NCBI GenBank assembly: GCA_023379075.1
Contig: JAMCSO010000026.1
Span: 1-37,219, forward strand
Length of the DNA stretch: 37,219 nt
DNA from: Candidatus Marsarchaeota archaeon
GTDB lineage: Archaea > Micrarchaeota > Micrarchaeia > Micrarchaeales > CABMGC01
Direction of reading: 5' to 3'
In this document: positions 36,956 through 37,219 of the stretch, piece after piece
Layout of the letters: every line of letters begins with the position of its first letter
Position numbering within the stretch: position 1 is the stretch's first letter
Translations under genes and position numbers: made by a program
The notes under the pieces: generated by a model
What the model was told of the DNA's origin: nothing
Databases searched by the model: none
Seen by the model: only the letters and a program-made list of their open reading frames with translations

Positions 36956-36994
36956 CTTTCTTGTTTTTCTTTTATTTTCAACACATTTTCTTCT
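36956..36994 (+). terminator. Pyrimidine/T-rich terminator-like tract
   Basis: CTTTCTTGTTTTTCTTTTATTTTC directly after the micropeptide stop, T-rich on the + strand. Confidence 0.45.
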
Positions 36995-37219
36995 TTATGT
37001 CTTCATGAACCTTGAGAAATTCTTTTTGAAATTCCTGTCGTTTTTTATCATGTTCGCAAATCTTTTCATCTTATTAAAATCACCAAGAAGCTCCTTTACA
37101 TCTTTCTCCGAGGTTCCGCTTCCAGATGCAATCCTCTTTATTCTGCTCTGTTCCCTGACAAGCTTCTCGTCCTTTCTCTCATCTCTTGTCATCGATCCTA
37201 TTATGACCTTGTATTTCTT
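36995..37219 (-). CDS. srp54: Signal recognition particle protein SRP54, C-terminal M-domain (partial; gene runs off the window)
   Basis: II.SMT..ER......[12 protein letters not shown]...DV..LL..F..MK RNA-binding signature. Confidence 0.93.
   Translation of the reverse strand, partial: KKYKVIIGSMTRDERKDEKLVREQSRIKRIASGSGTSEKDVKELLGDFNKMKRFANMIKNDRNFKKNFSRFMKT

Noticed and set aside
1..37219. CRISPR arrays, transposases, integrases, inteins, DGR/retron reverse transcriptase, rRNA
   Set aside because: No such motifs or regular repeats seen by eye; RadA and PolB have normal lengths.

Overview
Archaeal chromosome segment, most likely from a DPANN Micrarchaeota (ARMAN-2/Ca. Micrarchaeum-like) organism. 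The assignment rests on a three-unit (epsilon2-type) tRNA splicing endonuclease carrying the ARMAN-specific loop motif. The window is gene-dense and mostly housekeeping: gins51-rpl44e-aIF2alpha-PAC2, radA, dph5, endA, dcd/tmk, kae1/bud32, cysS, peroxiredoxin, polB, map, nrdR, RNase HI, a TPR-AAA+ ATPase, a NitT/TauT-type ABC transporter, secY, a DRG GTPase and the 3' end of srp54. It also holds three tRNAs (Gly-CCC with a 13-nt intron, Glu-UUC, Arg-UCG) and a ~1240-aa surface protein with a duplicated domain. Two small genes missing from the ORF track were read by hand: eL41/eS32 (37 aa) and an 18-aa Lys/Ala/Ser micropeptide in its own apparent transcription unit. The most notable observations are: (i) a bacterial-type NrdR divergent from RNase HI with a near-perfect NrdR box between them, where RNase HI and PolB both end in a truncated PIP-like QxxL-COOH; (ii) the basic micropeptide; (iii) a perfect 30-bp inverted copy overwriting part of the AAA+ gene; (iv) active-site substitutions in CysRS and Dcd. 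No integrase, transposase, CRISPR array or rRNA was seen. All functional calls come from motif recognition without database searches, and start codons were adjusted by eye using SD-like GGTG/GTGAT motifs.
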